This document shows positions 25,601 to 35,279 of a stretch of 64,000 nt of DNA, piece by piece. The position numbers were made by a program, and so were the translations under genes. The notes beneath the pieces were generated by a model that searched no databases, had not been told where the DNA came from, and saw nothing but the letters and a program-made list of their open reading frames with translations. This stretch comes from Trichosphaerium sp. ATCC 40318 (taxonomy: Eukaryota; Protista; Tubulinea): the NCBI GenBank assembly GCA_038496445.1, contig JALMLS010000065.1:124001-188000 (forward strand), read 5' to 3'. How positions within the stretch are numbered: position 1 is the first letter of the stretch; every line of letters starts with the position of its first letter.

Positions 25601-26354
25601 CTCCTACTTTCGCTCCTGCAACTCAGGCTCCTACAACTCCTACTTTCGCTCCTGCAACTCAGGCTCCTACAGCTCCTACTTTCGCTCCTGAAACTCAGGC
25701 TTCAGCTTTGGCCCTACCCTTGTTACCATCTCATGCTCCTGCAACTCAGGCCCCTACAGCTCCTACTTTCGCTCCTGCAACTCAGGCTCCTACAACTCCT
25801 ACTTTCGCTCCTGCAACTCATCTGGCCCTACCCTCGTTACCATCTCGCGCTCCTGCAACTCAGGCGTCAGCTCTGGCCCTACTCTCATTGTCATCTGATG
25901 CTCCTGCAACTCAGGCCCCTACAGCTCATACTTTCGCTCCTGAAACTCAGGCCCCTTCTTCAGCTCCTGAGTTGTCTCCATCTTCACCATCTCCTCAAGC
26001 TCCAATTGCATCGCCTGTACCAACTTCTTGTAAGTTTATCCTTACATTAATTATTTGTTAGAGTTCTCTTAACGTTGAAGAGTTACGCAAGCGCAGATTG
26101 CAGAGATTTTCACAAAGAAATTCGGTAATAACATGTTTTGGAGTTGTGTTCTTATTGACTTAATTTAGAATGGTTTTCCAATGGCTCGTGTTTTAGAGCC
26201 ATTGAAACCAGAGGTGCTCTGCTTCTGTGGGCGAGTTGCGCGCTATGTGCCTGGTAGTAAAGGAAGACGTGGTGGCACATATTCATGTGCGGATGGTGTA
26301 CCCACTTGTGCCTTTTTTCAACTCGAAAAGAATGCAATGTACTGCAAGCAATAA
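22653..26354 (+). CDS. Transposon cargo protein (~830 aa): Cys/His cluster, NLS-like motifs, acidic region, UIM, Ala/Pro/Thr repeats, VBM-like motif, C-terminal GRF-type zinc finger
   Basis: About 26 exons joined by hand in one open frame; DEDEALQNAIKASLTE, EELRKRRLQRF, LCFCGRVARYVPGSKGRRGGTYSCADGVPTCAFFQ. Confidence 0.8.
25420..25960 (+). repeat. Coding minisatellite (33-bp unit, APATQAPTxPTF-type) with higher-order repeats
   Basis: GCTCCTGCAACTCAGGCTCCTACAGCTCCTACTTTC-type units repeated more than 10 times. Confidence 0.92.
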
Positions 26355-26534
26355 ATAGTTAGGTTTTTTTTTTTGTGTCAGTTTTTTTTTACAAGGAGAG
26401 GTTTTTAGTCGCTTTTTTTGCAAGTTCTTAGCTTTTGAATCACATTTTGCTAGTTTTAGCAGAATTGTCAGATCTGTCAGATCTGTCAGATCGGGCAGAA
26501 ACTGGAGTTTTTTTGCTAAAACTCAGTCTGGCTG

Positions 26535-26556
26535 AAAACTTGAATGAAACAGACAA
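26535..26556 (-). repeat. Right TIR
   Basis: AAAACTTGAATGAAACAGACAA, the reverse complement of the left TIR with one mismatch. Confidence 0.92.
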
Positions 26557-26667
26557 TAACAGTTTGACAAAGAAACGTGATAAAAATAAAGAGAGAAATT
26601 GTTTTATTTTTGACACAGAGACCAAGATCAGTCTTGTACAACTGTAATTGGAGATTCATTTCAGTAT

Positions 26668-27232
26668 TTATTTGGCAGTGACATCAGCTTCCTTTGAAGC
26701 ACCACCCCATTTGGAGTAGTCGACTTCAAATTTTGGAGCCAATTGAAAGATACCATGGAAGTTTTGCTTTGGCATATCCTTGTCGAGTTTTGGGAATGCG
26801 AACTTGAATCCTCTGCTCTTAGTTCTAAAAAAAATAATGGTGAGTTGACGTTGGTGAGGCGAAGAAAATTGAAAACGTCGGATTCGATGCTGATTTTGGA
26901 GAAAGACAAAAGACATGAACGACCACTTTTATTCATTGATCAAAAAAAAACAGGTCGAAAGTTGTTTGTGCTTTGAGTACGTACTTTCCAGCAGGGATAT
27001 GACCAAAATCGAGTGTAACTTTATCGAGATCACCAGAACCACCGCATGTCATGACCTCAGAGTGGAAAGGAGAGTCTTCATCAACATCGACATAAGCCAA
27101 GCAGTCGGTGATTGGAATTGGAAGCTTGTTGGTAAACTTGACTTTACAACAGTATGTGGTCTTGTCATCGAGGTTTGCTGGTACGTCGTACTCAACTTTA
27201 ACACAGCCGTCTTCAACACAGATAGAAGTCAT
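26668..27232 (-). CDS. 134-aa protein without signal peptide, predicted Ig-like beta-sandwich, copy A
   Basis: Two exons (GGAAA|GTACGT...TTTAG|A); VKFTNKLPIPITDC and DFGHIPAGKTKSRGFKFAFP recall transglutaminase-C/CARDB-type Ig domains (fold inferred). Confidence 0.85.
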
Positions 27233-27860
27233 TGTTTTTAAGAGTTGTTGTTTGTTGTTTGTTTGGATGATGAGAAATGAATGTATTTTAGCACGGTGTT
27301 AAGCTACGTGCTTGTGTATTACCGCCTTCACTGACTACTGACAATAATGGTAGTTCCGGATAAAGTTCACTATGACAGAATATTTTTGCCTTTACAGTGT
27401 CAAAACCAGCGAGCGCACGCGTAGAGAATATAGACAAACCCATGTTCGTCCATTCTTAGTTCGTTCAAGGATAAACAAAATGGCTGTTTATATTCGCTTC
27501 CAATCACTTTCTCCACTCCTCTAGCCTGTTTTTGGTACGTAGTCGCTTGGTGACGTTAGGAAACTACCAAAAAAAGTCTAGTTGTCATAAATCACCAAGA
27601 GCCAAACTATCAGAAACACCACTTTGTTTTCATTGTATTAGTCTTAAAAAGAATTAAGAACACGTGACGTTATAACTTTTTTATTTCCACAAAACCAAAA
27701 CACTCCAATAGCTAAGGTTGTCAAACAAGCACATGAAATACATCTGAACACAAAATTATTAGTTTAATGGTTCAAATAATACTTGCGGAAAGGTGGAACG
27801 CCACTTAAAAACTTTGACTCGAAATCTTACTACAACTCTTCACAAACAACCTAAAACAAC

Positions 27861-28043
27861 ATGTCTTACTACGGATGTCATCGCCCTTGTTACAACCCTT
27901 GCCCACGCCCAAGCATTACTTGTGGAGGCGGTTGTAGACCATCAATATGTAGACCTTCATGCCCACCTCCGCGCCCATGCCACCCTCCTCGTCCTACAAT
28001 TTGCCGTCCAAACCACGGATGCTATGGTTACAGATGCTACTAG
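27861..28043 (+). CDS. 60-aa Cys/Pro/Arg/Tyr-rich peptide, copy 2 (11 Cys)
   Basis: MSYYGCHRPCYNPCPRPSITCGGGCRPSICRPSCPPPRPCHPPRPTICRPNHGCYGYRCY; A-rich leader and downstream AATAAA. Confidence 0.85.
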   Translation: MSYYGCHRPCYNPCPRPSITCGGGCRPSICRPSCPPPRPCHPPRPTICRPNHGCYGYRCY

Positions 28044-28401
28044 CACTACACGTACATAAAATAAACCAGCTCTGGGCACGTTCTAACACTGATGTTATAG
28101 TGCGAGGGATAAAACGACTTGAGTTTCTAATGCAAAGATAAAATGTAAAAAACAGTCATTTCCTTTCTCAATAAAAAAGAAGTTCCTACTTGCGTTAGTT
28201 CCATGTCCTCGTATACAACTGGTTTGTAGTCAAGTGGTCTTGACTGCTTTTTGGCGTAGCAGTAAGCTAGACTTATAGGTTTTCTATTGCTTGAAAAATG
28301 CGAGACCGAGTTGCCGTGTACTCTGATCAGTGAGCAATATCCCTTTATGTCATATTTACACTTGTACTATTTCAATCAAAACAGAGAACCTTTAATGTTC
28401 T

Positions 28402-29581
28402 TTAGTATCTCTGTTGCGCCATATTATGGTTGTCATTTGTAACATCTTCTTTTTCATAAGACCTCATCTCTAAAATCAGTAGGGCTAACAACGCTTGTAA
28501 TGTTTGTTCGATGAAGAAGACTGTGAATCCAGAATAAAAGCCAAACAAACCCTTAACGATCAAGTCAACTGACATTAATAAAATTACTATAGTTACACTT
28601 ACACTTTCATCGTAAATATCTAGTATAGTACCAATCACAGAATTATGGAAAACCCGTTGACGAACTCTGAAAGTATTTAGCTGAGGAGGTGGGTTTATCA
28701 CAGCAATCGTACGAAATAACCTCTAAAGGGTACAAAGGAAGAGCAATAAAACTAGCGCTGAGGGCCCAAAATGTAGTTGAAGGTTTGTTAATGAAACTCA
28801 AATAGTCACAGTAATCGCCAAACAACAGACATAAATACAAAAATACCACGTGCATAGTAATACCCTATACTGTGTTATTTCAAAGTTAAAAAAGACTCTG
28901 AGGAGGTGCTCACATCATAGGCGTTGTAAATAGTCACATCAGTAGTATCATCGACCATACGTGATACCTTGCTAAATGATGTGTGAGTTGTTGACATGTT
29001 TTTTATAGATACGTGCTTTGCCACCAAGGTGTAGGTCCAGTAAAAACACATCGCCGTTATAACTTGCTATGTTCGAGAACAATAAAACTAGTAACTAACG
29101 CACTCCGCGGCATGGCTCGGCGCCAGGTGATAGGTGTAGTACGTTCATCAATAAGTATATTTAGAGACTTCAATGCGTCTACTACAACCTTGACAGTTGT
29201 GAGTCTACGAATAAAAAAAATTTGTTTAGAGGTACGTTTCCACCAGCTTTGCCTAAAACACCCAACCAGAAACCAGTCCAGAATGCTATGTATCCACCAT
29301 GCTCATATATTGTTCCAAAACTGTTGTAGTAACCCGGTAGCCCTTTCATTGTTAGTACCCATGAAGCGACAGTACTTGTACCTATGAAGCTGGTAGGATA
29401 CACTTGTTTCAATACTTGAGCAGTCAGTACAGGCCTGAAAAAGAGCTCAGCCAACATGGATGTTGTTCTTTGCGGTGTTTTGTTTTATTTATTTATAGAA
29501 CTTGTGATAAAGAGGCTATTACCTGAAAAGAGTGGCCACAAGATTGCTATTAAATGAAACCATGGCCACAAAGTAATGTCA
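28402..29581 (-). CDS. Polytopic membrane protein of unknown function
   Basis: Several hydrophobic exons on the minus strand linked by short introns; model not fully verified. Confidence 0.5.
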
Positions 29582-29784
29582 TTTCACTTTTCGTTTCCGA
29601 GGATAGAATGTGGGAGCTCCTTTGTTGGTTTCCGAAATTACATATTTGGCGAACATGAATACAGGAATAGTTACAAGACTTTGACTTGAAAGTTGGCTCA
29701 GGACAGTTTTCCTTTGGTACCTCTAAGAACTGGTAGATAAAAAGTTACCATGCTGTCTAATTTCTCTTGTAGGCTAGGACCAAA

Positions 29785-30192
29785 ATGACAACAAATAACA
29801 TCGATGACTTAAAAATGCGTATTTTCTCGTTGCTGTCAATACGAGAGTTTCAATTCTTTCAATCGTACACTTCATCTGGGGGCTACTTTTCAGATAACTC
29901 CGGTCATGGTTGTACTGTAATGTGTGTAACCAGAGGATTTTTTCATCCGTACAAACACGAGAACGATCATGACCTACCAATGGATGATCATCTTGTTGAG
30001 TTACTGGGTATGAAACTTAATTATTCAGTAAAAAGGGATCCATGTGAGGTGACTGGAAGTTTCAGAGGTATTGACAGCTTGAGTATCAAGAGAGTATATC
30101 TTTGCGCTGAAGTGTCTGACTTTCAAATATTTGTTGGATTCAACAGGTTTGGATACCTGTCTGGAGTTGTTTGCCAGGAGGACTATTGCTAG
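29785..30192 (+). CDS. Hypothetical 135-aa protein
   Basis: Uninterrupted ORF followed by AATAAA; may have an upstream exon. Confidence 0.45.
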   Translation: MTTNNIDDLKMRIFSLLSIREFQFFQSYTSSGGYFSDNSGHGCTVMCVTRGFFHPYKHENDHDLPMDDHLVELLGMKLNYSVKRDPCEVTGSFRGIDSLSIKRVYLCAEVSDFQIFVGFNRFGYLSGVVCQEDYC

Positions 30193-30320
30193 TACCAGTT
30201 TTGTGGAGTTGTTGGTGTGAAGCGTAAATAATTGTCTTTACTGTACAGCTTAATAAAAGGTAGAATAAAACAAGAATAGTTAACATAATAAAGTTATGGG
30301 TTTATTACTTTGTGCATTAT

Positions 30321-32389
30321 TTACGGTTGCCACTGTCTGAAGAAACTTATGGTACTGATATCTGAAGGTGTCAAACGCTTTGCCACGTTTATGAAATCAT
30401 CGCCTAAGGGAGGAGACATGTTAACATTAAGAAGATCGAAAAGAAAATTCAAACTCACTCGCAGTACAAATCTCACAAAATTCCGCAACAACAATAGCTG
30501 CCACCACTGGAACAGAATTAGAACCATGATAGTGGTACAAAGGTGATCCGCTGTGTCCTCCGCTTATATCACAATTTGTTCTAACAAGCTAGAAGAATTT
30601 AAGTAAGCTGTATACATTCAAGTTGTTAAGTCTTGGTTGAATTGAGATCTTAACTTACCCTGTTCCACCCATTTACTCTGAAGCTGTAATTGTTTAGTTG
30701 GCAACTTTTTGTATCTCCATATAAAGCACCATCAACACACGACGGTGATGGGGCATTGAGTTTATCACAAGCAGGATATCCTCTGTTGTAATGGTACAAA
30801 CCAGCTAAAGATAGAGCAGGTTTGGCGACATACCCTTAGCACAATAGTCAGCAACAAAAGAAACATTGTAGAAAAATGTACCCATCCATCCTGTAGCTCT
30901 CCAATCCTATCTGGTAAGACGAGTATACCCCAGTCGAAATTTGGAGAATATTCAGTTACGAGTGGATTTCTACTAAATGTCAATATTAAGGCGTATCAAT
31001 GTTGTTACATACCTCCATTCTACAGGTGTAAAATACCATCTGAATGGATCACCAGGTTCAGCGTTTAAAGTGATCGTAGATTGTCCATAAGGTTCGTTTA
31101 TTCTTGAATTCTCGTTTCTACCAGGAATGACAGTAACAGTAAACCAGTTGTTTGTTCCTTGAGCATTAATGCAGTGTGCTATTCACAAAGTTAAATCGAC
31201 AGGTTTTAATATGAGTGTTGTTTAAAGGATACCTGCTGTGAGAACGTGTCTTGGTCCAATCAGAGTACCAGTGCATCTTCCAAAGTCAGATATTGTTCTA
31301 AAACCAATGTGAGTTCGAAAAGTACATCAAAATAAAACGTGTTTGTACCTCCAAGGCCATTGTGTTGTTGGTTCTCTAAGAATTCTGGAATCGTCTGCAT
31401 TGCTCCATCCTCGTTTTGTTGGTGCATTATTTTCATACGAAGGTATGGTATGTATTTTCTTTTTATGTTAGCCACGATCTAAAAGTAAGGTTATGTACCT
31501 CAACGCCAGTCAATCCATCTCTCATACGATTAATTTTTTCAAACAAGTTTGATCCAACTTCAATCTCCCACTCAACCTTTGTTCCTAAATTACATTGTTA
31601 TACTAAGAGATGGCATATCAAAATAAAAATTGATACGTACCAGAGTTAAAAGCAATCAACTTTGTTCTACGTGGTAAGTCTGTCTCGTCTATAGCACATG
31701 ATTAGAGTAACTGAGAATACCATCGATATCATACCTGTTTCTGTACTACCGTCTGTTGTTCTGGTTTCAAAAGGTATTTTAGGCATTTCTGTACGCTCAT
31801 CAACAAGCTTCCCTGTGCCAATAGGAGTAGCCTAAGAAAAACTAGGTAACCGAACACTCAAAAAGTAAAAGGAGCATACCATCAAGTCGTCTGTTATTCT
31901 GATTGGTTTGTTATCTTTTGGCACAATGTTATCAAGAATACTCGATAGTTTCCCAAGACCCAAGGTATCGCAGCTACACTCACAGTCGCATATACTCCGA
32001 ATAGGATACGGTACTGTAGGGACATTGTTTGCATCAAAACAAACTTCCTTGCCATCAATTTTTGTATCTCCAATTGCGATTTGATGCAAATACAAACGGC
32101 GTATACTACAAGTACCAAGGGTACCGACAATGATATTAGTGCATGAAGTGGCAAGAGGTGAGTCACAAACACTTTGACATTTTGATACAGCCATCTCTCT
32201 TACATTTTGTAATGCTTCTGCCTACGAAACAAGTAAACCAACCAATGAATCAAAACAAGGAGAAGCCATAGCTCTATTACTTACCAAAGTACATCCGTAA
32301 GTTTTTGCTGTTACACGATGGCCTTGCGAGTATGCACTTTGTGCATAAAGAGATAGTATCAAGAACGTTGCTAAGATTACCAAACGCAT
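30321..32389 (-). pseudogene. Secreted trypsin-like (V8/glutamyl-endopeptidase type) serine protease, copy 1, with a 1-nt frameshift
   Basis: CTGTLIGPRHVLTAAHC, FDWGIL, CDISGGHSGSP; GAGCTACAGGA versus GAGCTTACAGGA in the paralog breaks the frame near 30894. Confidence 0.7.
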
Positions 32390-33787
32390 CAAGAGAGGTT
32401 GCTTTACTTGCTGCGCTATTGTCGTTTGGGATGTGAAATTCATGTGAAAACCAGCGTCACGTGCTTTCGCTAAGCTATCAGGGTCCTTTCATGCGTATTC
32501 ACTGTATGTGTGCAAATGTCTTCAACCCGAGGAATATTTTCCAGCATCTGGCGCGTGATAAAGGCTTACAAACCATGCACTAAGGCGGTGTTACCAATCG
32601 CCTCAAATTATTCACTTAAATTTTGTCTTGCCAGGAAAAGTATGATATGAATCATTCACTTCCGCTTTTTTTGATGTTTATGGTTTCCTTGGATGCGCAC
32701 TTAATTGAGGGAAAAGGCGGAAACCTTGTCCTTTGCATCGATACATACCAGTACTTCCGTCTGTAAATTATTTAAATATTCACTTAAACATTGCCTTTGT
32801 CATGTGAATTTGTTCAAGAAAACCGATATCAAGCTGCTTGACGTATGAAATCTGTTTAGTAAAGTAAAGCTACGCCAAACTAGTTAGTTTTGCTAGCGCT
32901 AGTTTTGTACTTTTTGTCTTTGTAGTAAGTGTCTTTACAAGAAAGTGCTGTAGAAATTGCAGACTTAGATACCTTTCCACATGCCTACAAATGAACCTAC
33001 ACAAATAATTTGCACTATTTTCTGTTAACACGTGGTGCACAACAACAAAGTGTTTGATAGGTTTTCCAAGACAGTCACACAATCATGTATCCTTCGTAAT
33101 ACTCGTGAAGTGATAAAAAATAAGCAGGCTTACATCTGAGGAAAAAAGGTATAACGCATTGGGTTTCTCAGCTCGTTGGCAGGGCTTGACTTGCTGCTCA
33201 GGGAAAACAACTTGACTTTTCAGGTTGGCGCAGGCTGCCAAAAGTATACAATGCTGTTGAATAGACACGTTTTAGAATCGCTTGCTTCTCGGTAAAACAG
33301 CACTTAGTGGCGTTGAGTTAAACTGAAACAGTTTCAGGAAACAATAAGGTTTATGCCAAATCTTCGTACGACATTACCTACAGCTTACATAGAACTCATA
33401 TCAACTGTGACACATGTATTACTCATATCAATATTGTGAACTCCTACAAGAGTACCTTGTGTTGTATGAACACTACAGCATTGATCAATCAGTTCCAAAG
33501 CCATCATGGAAGCAGGTGTTGTTTAAGACATGGACCTATTTGACACTTAGTTTATTTCGGACAAGAGGCATAACTGTAGCTCCGTTAAGCAATATTTGAA
33601 CAACAATGCGCTTGTTTTACAGTTTCACTTTTCGATGTAATTATGTATAAAGTGGGGCCTGCCTTACGGCACTCGCCTCTGGTTTGTAAAAAAAAACTTA
33701 TTTTACAGTCCTACGCTTTTTGTTTCCAGTTCCTTTTGAAATCACGTGACTATTTCAAAATAAAAATACAGCAGTGCTCATCGCCAC

Positions 33788-34988
33788 ATGGCAGAAAACA
33801 ATAACCAAAGCTTCTCTTTTGAGCAAAGTGACTTTGAGATCACAGTAAAGATGGTAAGAGATGATGTGTTGGAGATTCAAGCGGTTTCCGATTTCAAACA
33901 CTTTACGAGTGTTCTACAAGGCGACGCTTTACAAGGTGATATAAAATACAAATGTCGAACGTTAGCTCGCGTTGTTAAATTATTTGAAGCCGCAGCCGCA
34001 AAGGTACGTTATTTATCATTACCCACGATACATTCAACTATTTGAGTGCGGTTTTAATGAGATCTTGTACCGTCAGATTTTGATTTCGCTGACTTATGGT
34101 TTAGAAAGGAGGACTCTCGTTGTCAGTTAAAGTTGAAGGAAGCGAGTTATTGCTTGTTGTCGATGAAATTGATGTGTTGGATGATAACATGACAAGAAAG
34201 TATACATTCAAACTGACTGAAAGTGGAGATAAGGGAGCTATCATTGAAACTACAGTAAGTTCCTATTTACCTATATCGCTCAATAACTGCTATTGAATAG
34301 GTCAGCAAACTGATATCACGTGTTAAAAAGCTAGAGTCGCAACCACTTCCGCAATCATTTCGATTTTCGGACAAGGATAAACATGCCAATTTATCAGTGT
34401 ATGGAGGCAATACCTTTGTCAAGTATACCAACGGAAATAATAGTACTATTGTTTCTTTAATCCAAGTTTAATAATTCATCTTTAGGTTACATTAGCGTTT
34501 GTGTTGAAGGAGAATTCTGTTCTGGAGTTCACTACACTGCTTATAGGTACAATTAGATTTCTCTTTTTATTATTTAATATTAACAATACTTTCAAGGATT
34601 ACCGAAGCTAGCAACCCTTATTACATTCTGATTGGTGTTGTACCAGCTATAGGGTTCTCACTTTCAACTTATCCAGGCACAGGGGCAAATGTTAGTGGTG
34701 CTTCTATTTTTGGAAATAGTGGCCATGTGTACTATCAGAATACCCACCAAAACAAGCAAGGATCAACATTTAGAAAGGGTATGCATCTAATTTTAGTCTT
34801 GTTATTTATGCTTTGTAAAAGATGATATTGTTGGCGTTACACTTGATATGAACAAAAAGTGTGTAACATTTCACGTGAATGAAAAAACAACTGAATCAAT
34901 TGATCTCGGTGGTGATTCGTACAAGTTTTGTGTTACCTTGTACACCGTTGGCATGGCTGTACAGTTATTGCCAAATCTATGCTATTAA
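33788..34988 (+). CDS. SPRY/B30.2-like domain protein
   Basis: SGVHY, ILIGVV and DDIVGVTLDMNKKCVTFHVN follow an N-terminal region and short coiled coil. Confidence 0.75.
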
Positions 34989-35279
34989 ATACAGAGCTTG
35001 ATCGTTTAGAATAATTAAAAATGAATCATTTTGATCTATCTTGGTTACTTACAAAGATTTGATTGAATTTCTAAATCTGTTAGGAAAAGTATAGTTCCAT
35101 TGAATATAAGGTTAACTTGCACCTTTGTATTGGGTGGAGCATTCAGCTAGTCAATACAAACGCAATATTAGCAAGAAGTAGACGGTTGTACTGGTGTAAA
35201 ACGAAAATGACTAGGCATATTGCCGTTTTTAAACCAATTAAGATGTATGCTGTGTTTATTTTTAGTATTTTTAAATTAT

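Larger units (their letters stand above)
21275..26556. mobile_element. Complete IS630/Tc1/mariner-superfamily DNA transposon (5,282 bp) carrying two genes
   Basis: 22-bp TIRs with one mismatch; TA on both sides (21273-74, 26557-58); DDE transposase inside. Confidence 0.92.
26560..28100. repeat. Inverted duplicate of ~51350-52860 (peptide plus Ig-like gene cassette)
   Basis: Both genes and parts of the intergenic promoter align in reverse complement. Confidence 0.88.

Noticed and set aside
25574-26050. Leu-rich 158-aa ORF, or the repeats read as a CRISPR array
   Set aside because: Alternate frame of the coding minisatellite; the repeats are contiguous with no unique spacers
26152-26337. His-rich minus-strand ORF
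   Set aside because: Antisense shadow of the GRF zinc-finger exon
22653-26354. Cargo gene as a Fanzor/TnpB RNA-guided nuclease (known passengers of Tc1/mariner elements)
   Set aside because: No RuvC D-E-D motifs or terminal CxxC..CxxC..RD signature in the spliced product; it is mostly low-complexity sequence
27861-28043. Peptides as SPRR-like transglutaminase substrates of the neighbouring gene
   Set aside because: The peptides contain no Gln or Lys, and the partner has only an Ig-like domain with no catalytic core
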